The translations under genes and the position numbers were made by a program. Under the pieces are notes generated by a model. That model was given only the letters and a program-made list of their open reading frames with translations, had not been told where the DNA came from and searched no databases. DNA of 61,645 nucleotides, the filler included, from Choristocarpus tenellus KU-1152 (lineage: Eukaryota > Protista > Phaeophyceae), in NCBI GenBank assembly GCA_964200185.2. It is 13 parts of 13 records of this genome, joined end to end, with 100 filler letters (N's around TTAATTAATTAA, not from the genome) between each part and the next. Parts side by side here need not be neighbours in the genome. Positions count along the whole stretch, not along the records: positions 10,736 to 13,982 come from CAXNAD020021285.1; positions 14,083 to 21,004 come from CAXNAD020007055.1; positions 21,105 to 28,740 come from CAXNAD020005837.1; 10 more parts are not named here. One strand, given 5' to 3'. Shown piece by piece: positions 10,736 through 21,266 of the stretch (position 1 is the stretch's first letter; each line of letters begins with the position of its first letter).

Positions 10736-13700
10736 AGGCGAAATTTGGTCATGTGTTCATCAAATGATGAGCTATAGCAAAAAAGATCGTCTAGCCAGTT
10801 TTCTACACCGTTTCCTTTGAGATCTCCTAATGCCTCTCTCATGTAACTAGAGAATACTGCAGGTAAGATTTTGAACCCCAAACCACACATGTTATATTCC
10901 CAAAGTTGTCCATGAGCGTCACGAAAGGCTGTCTTATGTTTGTCTACCTCTGCGACTTCTAGTTGAAAGAATCCCGATGTTAGATCTATGGCAGTGAAAT
11001 AGCTAGAACTCTTAAGCTCATCAAAGGTGCTGGTGATATTCTCGAGACCTCCACTATCACTACGCGAGAGATCATTGAGCATCCTATTGTCTGTGCACAA
11101 CCTCAGAGTCCCATCTTTCTTACGTACTGCTACTACTGCTGCTGCCCATGCTGAGGTGGAGGGTGTGTTAATACCACGTTCCTGCAACTGCTTGACCTCG
11201 GCCTGAATCATCTACGTTTCTTCAGAAGAAAAGCGCCTTTGTTTCGCTGCATAGGGTGTACAGTTCTCGTCTAATATTGGTAATGTAGTACTCCTCTAGA
11301 GCACGGGGGAACTCGTTTGGGGTCTTCAGGGAATACTCCTAAAATTCTAAATTCTTCCAACAATTCTACCAACTGTTTCTTCTGCCCTGGTATCAGCTGT
11401 CCCGTATTGGCATCGCTGAGGCTCACCGATTGATATCCGACCTCCTTGGCTTCACCTGAAGGGTTGTCTTCTTCTGCTACCGAGCAGTCACCAGTCTCGT
11501 CTGCTTCTGGGGAATGCCTTGTCTGAAAACCAGTCTTGGCAAGCAGAACCTGTGCTTTTTGAGGGTCTTTATGGGGATGGGCTAGTGACCGAAAGAGTGC
11601 CACCACCCTCTCTGTATCCTTAGTATTCAGAGCTATCGCCTTTGCAACCGGCAGCCCTGCCTGGACACTACTGGACTTACTGCACGTATTTACCAGCTGG
11701 CAATAAATGGGGGTTCCTGGGTTCCACCATTGTACACCTCTGGCAACTCCGACAGCATTCCCTAATTCCAGGTTTTACTCTGCTAAGGGCTCAATCATCA
11801 CCAACTGTCTGGACTGTGGTTTTACCCCCTTGGCAAATCCTTTGCAGACTTTACCGACAAACCCTTCTACATGTTCTACTTCTGACAGACGCAATTCCCA
11901 TTGCAGAGTCCCATCATCCTCCCACGCTACCTCTACCGGAAGGGGTACTACACCTGAACTCTCCAATGGTCGGGTCAGGGGATCCTTGTTCTGAGCAAGG
12001 TCTATTGTGGCGATACCTGCCTCTGGATCCGTATCTTGGGTGCCTGCTTCTGGGTCTACATCAAAAAAAGTTGCATGTTCCTTTTCTGGTGGCGTATGCT
12101 CACCAGTTAGAGTACTAGTGCATCTTGGGAGTCTAGGGACCGTGTCAGGGGGAGGTTCTCTACATTCAGCTGATCTGGGGTTATTGGGAGGCAGTCTGTG
12201 GTACTTGGATGGTCGGGTTATGGGTGTCATTGATGTTTGCCATTCTCCTAGGGCTGACCGGGGTGCATTGCTATCACGAGATCGGGGTGTCACAGCTCGA
12301 ACAAAGGGTATCCATGGTGAGTTTGGAGCTGGTCGAAAGTCTTCCCCTTCTCTAAATGACAGTATACTCTTGTTCTGCCTACAGAATGCTGCTCCTGGAA
12401 CCATCCCTTAAGGTAAGCCTTCCACTACTCTAAATGTCACATTGTGGACTCTATCCTCTGGGGGAAACAATATTGGCAGTATGCAGGATCGTAGTACCTG
12501 CATAGGTGGGGTGCAGCATCCTTTCGGGTTTGAGTGAAAGTATCTTAGAGGGTACGAATTTTGTCCTGTTTGTCCATGTGCGGCTTGGCTTCCCATGGTT
12601 TTTTATTGACATATTACCTACTCCAAAATGTTTCCGAGAAGGTAAAATGTATTTATTATGAAAAGGAGTGTCCAGACAAGGATACTGACATCTCCTAACA
12701 AACATGATAGTCGAAATTATATCAAAATTATATCAAAATTATATCAAAATTGCAACATTGGATTTTGGTCCCCAAATGGACGCGGCTGTACCCTCTAAGA
12801 TACTTTGACTCGTTTGCCGCATGCAACGTTCTTTTACCGCTTTGGTTAAGGTGTGGTAGGCCGGTGCTGCCTCCCCAGAGAGTAGTACTGCGCCAAAAAA
12901 CAGACGAAATGTAGTTCCCACCTCCTGCACCTGTGTCAAGGAGTATCCGTACAGGCATTCTCGAGCGGACTTTGCGAGGGTGCCACAGCAGTGCAGATAG
13001 CCATACTTAACTGATTCGTTGGGCAGTTGACATAGTGGATATTGTCGAGGTAAGTGTGGGGGTCATGCTTCCTATGGCTACAGTGTGTCTGAGTTCCCTG
13101 GAGCTGAAGACTCCAGGGCGCACGTTCAGGGCAACTGGGGAACTTCGGAATCGGTCGGGCTGCTTGTAAATAGTGGCGGAAACTCAATGTCCTGCATCGT
13201 GGCGAGGTAGTGCAATTGGGAGTCTGTCAAGGCTACCATCGTATGCGACTCGTTCGTTGAGGTAGTACTTGGCTTATCTTGGGACAGATATGCAAAGTAA
13301 CCTTTAGGTACTACAGAGCCGTCGTGAGTATACCTGCACCTGCGACCGATAGACTTGAAGCATTCGCCGCCAAAAGCATGATGGAAACAAACTCTATGTG
13401 CCTTGAGCCACTTGACAACCTCATCTTGGGAAGCAGATGGTGAAGGTAAATCCTTACCCGAATGGTGTCGACCTGCATCACTCGCTCTGTCTGTGGTTAT
13501 AGAGGACGTGGATCGGGGCACAGACTGGGTGGCGGGTGTTTCCGGTTGAACGGGTGCGGATGCATTGCTCTTCGAAAAAAACGTGGTCCCATGTTTCCCA
13601 GGAGCAGAAGCAGGTTAGTTTGTCAACGCATGGCAGGGGGTTTGGGACAAAACAGGTTGGAGCATCGGTGCAAGGGCCGCCAGCACACTGTTGACCACCT
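10736..13700 (-). mobile_element. Degenerate Ty3/gypsy LTR retrotransposon (gag C-terminus, protease, linker, RT)
   Basis: RT motifs SAWAAAVVAVRKKDGTLRLCTD, IDLTSGFFQL, KTAF and WLDD at about 10736-11270. Retropepsin ILLDTGA at about 12920-12950. Gag-like Cys/His region at 13126-13521. Several stops and frameshifts, plus a MITE insertion. Confidence 0.9.
12532..12811. mobile_element. MITE subfamily A (Sola-like), complete, 280 bp, TSD GTTT
   Basis: TIR GAGTGAAAGTATCTTAGAGGGTA ... TACCCTCTAAGATACTTTGACTC, with GTTT on both sides. Removing the element plus one TSD restores the protease frame (..LHAAN/PKG..). Confidence 0.93.
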
Positions 13701-13714
13701 CTTGGTGTGGTGGT

Positions 13715-13915
13715 AGATTCTGTGCAATATAGGCTAGGAACTATATAGGGAGTTATATGTTTAGTGAACAGCAGGATACAACAGATGTATTGACTGAGTA
13801 GAGTGAGGGTCAAGGATTTGATTAGGTGTGCCTAGAGTCACAGGCTCGAGTCTCGATGGATTGATTTCTTATTTTGTTCAATACAAGTGGCTGACGTAGT
13901 GCGACTGACAAAGAC
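13715..13915. repeat. Dispersed repeat, possibly LTR-derived; diverged copy at about 49188-49375
   Basis: Shared blocks tgtgcaatataggct, tgtttagtgaaca, acaacag, gatttcttatt and ctgaca occur in the same order and spacing. Confidence 0.65.
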
Positions 13916-14113
13916 ACATTTTGATGTATCTGATGACGTGCGCAATAGATAATAATATAAGGAAGAGCACCCCACCACCAAGNNNNNNNNNNNNNNNNNN
14001 NNNNNNNNNNNNNNNNNNNNNNNNNNTTAATTAATTAANNNNNNNNNNNNNNNNNNNNNNNNNNNNNNNNNNNNNNNNNNNNATCAGCAACAAGAGAGAG
14101 AGGGCGAGAGAGG

Positions 14114-14291
14114 CGGGGGGGGGGGGGGGGGGGGGGGGAGGGGTCTACACGAGGGTGTCCATTTGGGCCAAAATCAGGAAAATTGCATTTACATTATCCA
14201 TCAGACGTATGCAACCAAATCACCCCCAAATCAAGTCATGAAAAATTGACCCCAAATGGACAGCCGTCACCCCCTCCAGATACTCTGAGCC
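14114..14291. mobile_element. MITE subfamily B (poly-G type), left end lost near the contig start
   Basis: (G)n-TCTACAC-GGGTGTCCATTTG ... CAACCAAATCAC ... CAAATGGACAGCC ... AGATACTCTGAGCC, matching the complete copy at 34928-35108. Confidence 0.85.
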
Positions 14292-14939
14292 TCAAGTTAC
14301 GTGCCAAAAAATCGTTCCATCAAATGCATCCATCTGTGTGAAACCTGAAGTGACAAAGGTATGTGCTGTCTATGATACATGTTGACTTCCTACTTAATAG
14401 AAGCACGCAGGAAAAAAGTCGCACCTTGGCCGAGGTTACCATTGCCTCAAACGTGATCAGGCCTATTAATAGTTTGGAGAGATTATCCATCAGACTTTTT
14501 CAGCAGCGAACAGTGGGTTGTGGTCTTCACTGTGAATGGTGTGACTGCCAGCAAGGAGGTAGCATCAAGATTGCTGACGGCTATAGCAATTGAGGATTTT
14601 AAGTATGTAGTAAAGGGAGGAATTTGAGTGAGGAAGTGGACGACAAGGCGGAGGGAGATCTGAAGAAGGATGGAAAGAGACGACAATTACGACGAGAATG
14701 ATGTGGCATATGAGGATAGCAGCAGTTTGGAGAATGGCTGCAGAGAAACTAGGTTGGGTGTTGATCAATAGGCGATGGGGAAGTTGATGGTGCTGGCGCA
14801 TTCATTCTCTTCGAAGGGGAGACGAAGAACAGCCTCACTTTGGACGTACACACATGTAGGGTTGGTGAACACGAGCGTTTGAATTGCTTACAAGTAGTCT
14901 ACACACTTGATGTGGTTGCAACGGCGTTCATGAGGACGA

Positions 14940-15240
14940 AATTTGGAGACCATCGACTACTTCAACTTGCTTTTCCCAAAGAGCGAGATAGAGGCGATTG
15001 TTGATGCTATAGATACTTGTATGTGACAGGGTAGTCATCGAAACCTGTTAGTGATAACCAGTATATTATGTAGGTTAGGTGCATTGTTCAACCATGGCGC
15101 TAGTTGAGAACGTAGACGGAACACAGTGAGGTTATTTGGAAAAAGAGATTAGTGGGAGCAGCGTGCACATGGCAACTGACTATGAGCGGTATACCTCTTA
15201 CAACCTTCATGGTCGTGCTCTTGAGAATCTCATTTACTAA
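14940..15240 (+). mobile_element. piggyBac-like transposase remnant
   Basis: Translation TIDYFNLLFPKSEIEAIVDA...LGALF/MAL...GY...DYERYTSYN...LENL follows the piggyBac N-terminal pattern (DYF.LFF...IV..TN; LG...M.L; YW; MS.NRF). Broken by stops and a frameshift. Confidence 0.5.
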
Positions 15241-16564
15241 AAGTGGACGCTCCAGTGCACAGGGGAACTCACCTGTCTTCAGGAACTCCTATTGTCCTTG
15301 GGGAACCCCCACTGTGATATTTTTCACGTGTTCACACACATCTTTTAAAATCAAAACCTATTTCTAACCCTAAACCTAACCATAATCTGTGTGTGAAAAT
15401 AAACCTAGGCTTGTTCGAACAAGTGAACAAAGTATGACAGGGGGGATTCCCAAGGGCAGTGGAGGCTCCCATGACAGGGGTGTTCCCTTGTGCACTTCAA
15501 TTTGAGGATGCGGAGGGTGGGGGTGGATTCATGCTTAGGGTCAAGAATGGTGGGCAGAAGGCAGTTCATATAGCCAGTCTTGTACACCCTGCAAGGGTTA
15601 GAAAGTCTCCCGGAGTATGTTTGAGTGCCTTGTCAAGGGGCATTTGGGCATGAACTTTGATGCAATTTCGTATCAAACTCGTCATGCTGTTTTGGCATGA
15701 GTTGTGCATCCAGCGAGGCGTCTACCGAGTCATTGATCTGGCAGTACCAAACACACCAATGTGCCTTTTTTTTGTCCAACAAGTATTCTGGGTCGCAAAG
15801 GATTTTATGTCTCAACAATGATATATATATATATATAACAGATACGTTGAATAAAGTTTCCATCGAGTGTAAGACTTACATGTTTTACAGTATATTGTGG
15901 TGAAGTGTAAGTCAGGCAGTGAAAGGTGATGCATAGCAAACCAATGTGTGGATTTTTCCAATACGTCTTACGGGATGTATTCAAGTGAGTGTTGAAGGGG
16001 CGTAGGCTGTGGAGTCTTGGGGTGGGATTCCAGGCCTCCCAGATTGGGCACTTAGGGATTTTCCCGGGCATGTGGGACTGTTGGAATAAAGATTAAGAGT
16101 TCCTACTCCTGCATATTATTTCTTTCGCGTTTTTTCCTACACTGCTTGTGCTGTGCATGCTTGTGCACCTCTCCTCCTGCCTCTTTCATCTTCGCCCAAC
16201 TGTATATGTGTCACATCTGGGCGACATAGTGTATCTGTCTGGTTCACTCCTGTTTTTGGGAAACCGGTTTTATTGCTACCCATTATGATTTACTCAGAGC
16301 AAATGCTGTACGATCAATCATCGCCAATATAGTGCATATTATAAGCGAATTTTCAAATCCGGTTAGTACATCCATAACACTATATGGTATATGAGACTAC
16401 AATTAATGGTGGTAGTGGAGAGACCAGGAAACACAGTAGGGGATTGAAAAGTTCTGAACCTCTTCTTTTAAGTATGTTCGACTTCACCCAGTCGATGGCA
16501 CAGCAACTCTTTTTCTGCCAAGAACTAACCTGACACGATTGCCCAATGATTTATAGAGATTATT

Positions 16565-16821
16565 GAGTGAAAGCATCTTAGAGGGTATGAGTTTTGCCCT
16601 GTTTGTCCGTTTGGGGCTTGGCTTCTCACGGGTTTTTTATTACATTTTCCTATTCCGAAATATTTCGGAGTAGGTAAAATGCATACGTCATGACAAGGTG
16701 AGTCCGGAACAATGATAGCGACATTTCTTAACAAACACGATAGCCAAAATTACATCAAATTCGGAACATTGGATTTTGACCCCAAATAGACGCGGCTCTA
16801 CCCTCCAAGATACTTTGACTG
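16565..16821. mobile_element. MITE subfamily A
   Basis: GAGTGAAAGCATCTTAGAGGGTA ... TACCCTCCAAGATACTTTGACTG. The interior aligns by eye with 12532-12811. Confidence 0.88.
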
Positions 16822-17594
16822 ATTGAAAGTATGGTCACGAATCCAAGGGTGGCGATGTTGGCAAGCACCACAGAAGAAAGAAGAGGAGGGAAGATGCACT
16901 ACGACAAACACGGGCGGAGAGGATGGCGTTATACAGAAAGAGGGACGAATTATATAATATTTGATTCAATCGTCTCTGTTTATGTATGAACTCTTCTATT
17001 CATAGCTGGAATTTGGGGTTCTCATACACTATGTCCCCTGCTCTTCAATGTTGACCTGATTCGGCACTGAATTCCAGCAACAAAATGTTTCCTGATTAAG
17101 AGAGGGGCAAACCTTGCACTATTTTTTTTAGGTGAACACTAAGTATACAATTGTAAGTTATTTTGTGAATCAGAAACAACTTAGTAGGAAACACATGATG
17201 TTCGCAAAGCACGATCTCAACTGCAGTTGGGGACGATAGTGGCACAGACCACAGCCCGCCAACAATATGAGACACCTTTAGTCCATCCAGATAACACTGA
17301 CATAAAGTTCTGTACCCCTCCACTCGGAAAAGTTGTGGAACTTGTACATGAGAGGGATGCAGTAATATGATGTTGTTTGAACCATGTTTGGGGGTGATAG
17401 TCAACCGCAAAATAAATTCATGTCCTCTGTTGAGGTCACCGACGATCTGTTTTGCAGTTTTCACAATCACCGTTCATTAGTTGTTAGAAGGTACAGATAG
17501 ATAGGGTGGAAGGTTTTAAATAATGCCATGGAGGGCCAAGGTTCTTTAATAGCCCACGGCAAAAAGTGACCTGGGGTAAGCCAGCATTACATCA

Positions 17595-17854
17595 GAGTAA
17601 ATGTAAACGAGAGGTACCCAGAGTTGCTTTTTAACGATGCTGACAAATATGTGCAAAATTATTTTGGTTTTGTTGTAAATGCGTATAGGATATTTTCCGA
17701 ATGTTTCGAAAAGTTTGAAACAAAGAAGAAATCAACCTTCTCGAGTCAAACATAGCGCTCTATTAATAAAAATACGGGTGAATTGCAATAGATTGAAAAA
17801 CTGGCCTATAATGCAAAACGACCAAACCTGAGTACCTCTCGTTTACTTTGGCTC
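17595..17854. mobile_element. MITE subfamily C, complete, TSD ATCA
   Basis: TIR GAGT..GTAAACGAGAGGTACCCAG ... CTGAGTACCTCTCGTTTACTTTGGCTC, with ATCA on both sides. Confidence 0.88.
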
Positions 17855-18000
17855 ATCAGGAGAGCCCTAGGGGTGCCCTCTACTGAATTAACTTTCCTGT
17901 CAATGAGCTCAGCACGAAATGAAGGCTCAGAAAAATGCTTACTTAAAAGTATTTTACTTTGAAGCATCAATCTTGCCAAGCGACACAACTCTTCAATTTG

Positions 18001-18258
18001 GGGTTAAGGTAAACGAGTGTTAATTAGAGTTTCATTTCAAGGATGCCGAAAAACATCTGCGAAAATCGTTTTTTTTTACAAATGCGAAAAGGATATTTTC
18101 TGAATTGTATCGAAAATTTTCAAATAATAGAGAAATCAGCCCTTTTCAAATTAAGTTTAGCACTTCACCCACAAAGTTATAGGTGAATTGCAAAAAACGA
18201 AAAACTGACTTATTATGCAAACGATCAAAAACTGGGTACCTTTCGATTACTTTGGCCC
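18001..18258. mobile_element. MITE subfamily C, diverged
   Basis: GGGTTAAGGTAAACGAG ... GGGTACCTTTCGATTACTTTGGCCC. Flanks TTTG/TTAG. The interior is homologous to 17595-17854. Confidence 0.8.
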
Positions 18259-18566
18259 TTAGCAGCGATGCACACATTGAGCTTTCAAGAATGGATATGT
18301 CCACCCTCCAAGCAATCACCTGCCCCCCTAATATTATAATCGCCCTCCATCATTGGTCATGGATGTTGAGAATGGCTGATGCAGCTATGTTTTCCACACA
18401 CAGTGTTTTTATGTGCCAACAGCAGGTCATTGCAAAGAATTTATACATGAAGCCAATGGATGCCTCAGGTGCCAATGATTGTTTGGCCAAGATAGTGTTA
18501 TGTTCCCCGCAAGTCAGGTGCCTCCGATAAGAGGGTGGTATCTGCAAATAGGTGCGTGTCTATAAG

Positions 18567-18826
18567 GAGCCATAGCATTTAAGGGGATAGGGCTGCATCT
18601 GTTCAGGGTCATAAATCTAATTTTGCGAATTTGATGAGTTTTGGCTATTGCGTCTGTTAGCAAGTGTCAATATCCTTGTTTCGGAAACACCTTTCATAGT
18701 CGTATACATTTTAGGTAACTTTGTTCACACAGAAAAAAACGAAAAAGGGCATAAAAAGACCGTGGGAAGCCAGGCCCTGAACGGGCAAAGAGGGAAAAAC
18801 TCCTACCCTCTTAAATGCTTTGGGTC
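18567..18826. mobile_element. MITE subfamily A, diverged, opposite orientation to 12532
   Basis: GAGCCATAGCATTTAAGGGGA ... TACCCTCTTAAATGCTTTGGGTC. Flanks TAAG/TGAG. Confidence 0.8.
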
Positions 18827-19365
18827 TGAGTCCGGCGGTACAAAAGGGCTTCAATATTACTGTTACATACTATTTAGAAGCGCGAGATTGCATCAACAAG
18901 GTGCAAGGAAACCAAGTGTCAGATAACAAGCATAGAATCTATGTTTTGTTGTGTGGAGTGAACATTGTAGCAGAACCTATCACCTATGACCTGAAGTGCT
19001 ACTGTGTTGCAGTTCCTCCCACAAAGTTCAGGCCAGGGAACATTGAATCCATGGGTGTGGGCACCATGTAATTAGTGAGTCGGCAAGGTATCACACAAAA
19101 TCCTACAAAGAGACGATGCCCATTAGCCAGCTTCGCTTCTAAGGTGGTACAGTATCTGACCTCAGAAAATGTCAGCACTCTGCTCCGCTATTGCAATGTT
19201 GAATGTCTGTGGACAGCAAAGAGAGAGCAAGATACAGAGGGATATCAAGACACTGACAAGGATTGAAAAGTAATGTATTTGAGTATTAGCATTGTACCAG
19301 AGTGATGTACTGAAGACTTCAAGCTTGGCACTGGTTAGGATAATGTCTAGTCTGGGAAAGGATTT

Positions 19366-19622
19366 GATTCAGAGTATTTTAGAGGATAGAGCCGTGTCCA
19401 TTTGGGGGCCAAAATCCAATGTTGCAATATTGATGTAATTTTGGCTATTGTGTTTGTTAGGAAGTGCCAATATCCTTGTTCCAGACACACCTTTTCATAA
19501 CGTATATATTTTCCCTACTCCAAAGCGTTTTGGAGTAGGAAAATGTCAATAAAAAACATGGGAAGCTAAGCCCCAAATGGGCAAACAGGGCAAAACTCGT
19601 ACCCTCTAAGATGCTTTCACTC
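19366..19622. mobile_element. MITE subfamily A, opposite orientation to 12532
   Basis: GATTCAGAGTATTTTAGAGG ... TACCCTCTAAGATGCTTTCACTC. The interior is the reverse complement of 12532-12811. Confidence 0.87.
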
Positions 19623-20962
19623 GATTCAACTGTATATTGCAATGAGAACTTCAATATCATAGAGAGAGTGACACCATCAAAAAGGGGGGTGTCATTGGGT
19701 TTTAGAGACTCCATGAATGCCTTGTGGAATGTGTTTTTTGATCACTATGTAGGTGCTTTTGACCGACAAGATGTTCTCAGATAATCTTCCCCTCCATAGC
19801 TACTCTCTTCTACAGGGGGTTAATTGCATGTCAAGCATGGACATGAGGTATATCACACAAAGCTCAAAAAGACCTTGAGATTCAAAATGGCCAAATTCAT
19901 TCCCATTCTTAGACAGTTCAAGCGGGAGGCTAATGCTACTGTGCTGAACGACGAGGTCGCTCTCTCACTGCCGTGTAAGGAATCAAAATAATATGCTGAC
20001 ATGAAGACTGGTCCCAAATCATACATTCTGCATTAAATTTGTTCCGTTTTGAGGATAAAATAGGTGTAGGTACAGTGTTATTTACAGGAATCAAGTGAGA
20101 ATCAGAATACCTGGATTCTAGACCAACGATCTGTTCTTGTTGCCGATACTCTTGAGAGGAACAAGAAAAACTACTGCTTACTTCTGAGCAATTGCAACTC
20201 TGATGTTGAAGCATACCAATGAATCCACTCACATTCAGAAACAATAGAACAATCCCTTGGTGATCAGTAATAGTTGTTAGCTAGCCCGGGTCCAAATGGG
20301 GATAGGGTTAGCCCCAACTATAGATAATAGTGATGTGAGACGGGTAAGGTTGAAATCTATAATAGGATTCCTAGTTGTGGGTCTTGAACCTTTTTTGAAA
20401 CTTGATGTCGACTAGCAATAAACGTTTCCCAATTCTAGGAAACCACTGTTATATTGCTCCAATATGAAAAACATGTCAGACCTATTCAGCAACCTTTAAC
20501 TCTTTTCTACAAATAATGATGTAAGAACCATTTATCTATCAGGGATAGGGAGGGTGGGTGGGCAAGTTAAGGACAAGTCACTAGGCAAACCAAAGATTTT
20601 TTTAAATAATGGTCAACTAGGTTTGAGTTGCTGAGGCTAAGAGAAGTCACTTAGGGGGTTCCATTTACAAAAGAAGGCCCTTCTGACCCATTTTGATTGT
20701 GTTTGTATTAAGTCTTCAAAATTTCTATGTTCCATGTTCTATATTCGGGGTCAAATTCTCCTATTTGATACAGGTCTTACGAAGATGACAATCCAAACCT
20801 ATATCAGGAGTATATTATTGAGATGCAACTTCCGAACTTTGCCATTGTCCCAAAATAGGGTGTACCTTCTCCCCAGTATACTGTAGACCATGTCAACTTC
20901 AACTACAAGTATTATGTCTTGAAATCACAAGCACCATTTACTGTGTGTCTCAAATACCCATA

Positions 20963-21004
20963 GAGTCAAAGTATCTTAGAGGGTAGAGCCGTGTCCATTT
21001 GGGG
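20963..21004. mobile_element. MITE subfamily A end, cut by contig end; other partial A copies at 31690-31769, about 39396-39515 and about 43790-43960
   Basis: GAGTCAAAGTATCTTAGAGGGTAGAGCCGTGTCCATTTGGGG runs into the N linker. Confidence 0.88.
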
Positions 21005-21266
21005 NNNNNNNNNNNNNNNNNNNNNNNNNNNNNNNNNNNNNNNNNNNNTTAATTAATTAANNNNNNNNNNNNNNNNNNNNNNNNNNNNNNNNNNNNNNNN
21101 NNNNAGAAATGATACTCAGCACAAGGCAACAGCAATTTTAGATACTTGATTTTGGTACCACAAGCCCCCCCCCCCCCCCCCCCCCCCCCCCCCCACAAAA
21201 TCCACCTAGTCCTGTCAACAACACTTGCCAAACACTTTAATAAAACACATACAGGCCTAATGTCAC

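Noticed and set aside
12536-12807. P-element assignment (CAAAG termini, 8-bp TSD) for the MITE clan
   Set aside because: The 7-8-bp flanks do not match in any complete copy. Extending the ends by 4 bp gives matching 4-bp TSDs and restores the host ORF.
15633-15863. Ulp1-protease-like HW...PKQ..D words
   Set aside because: The spacing is far too short and there is no catalytic Cys, so this is likely chance.
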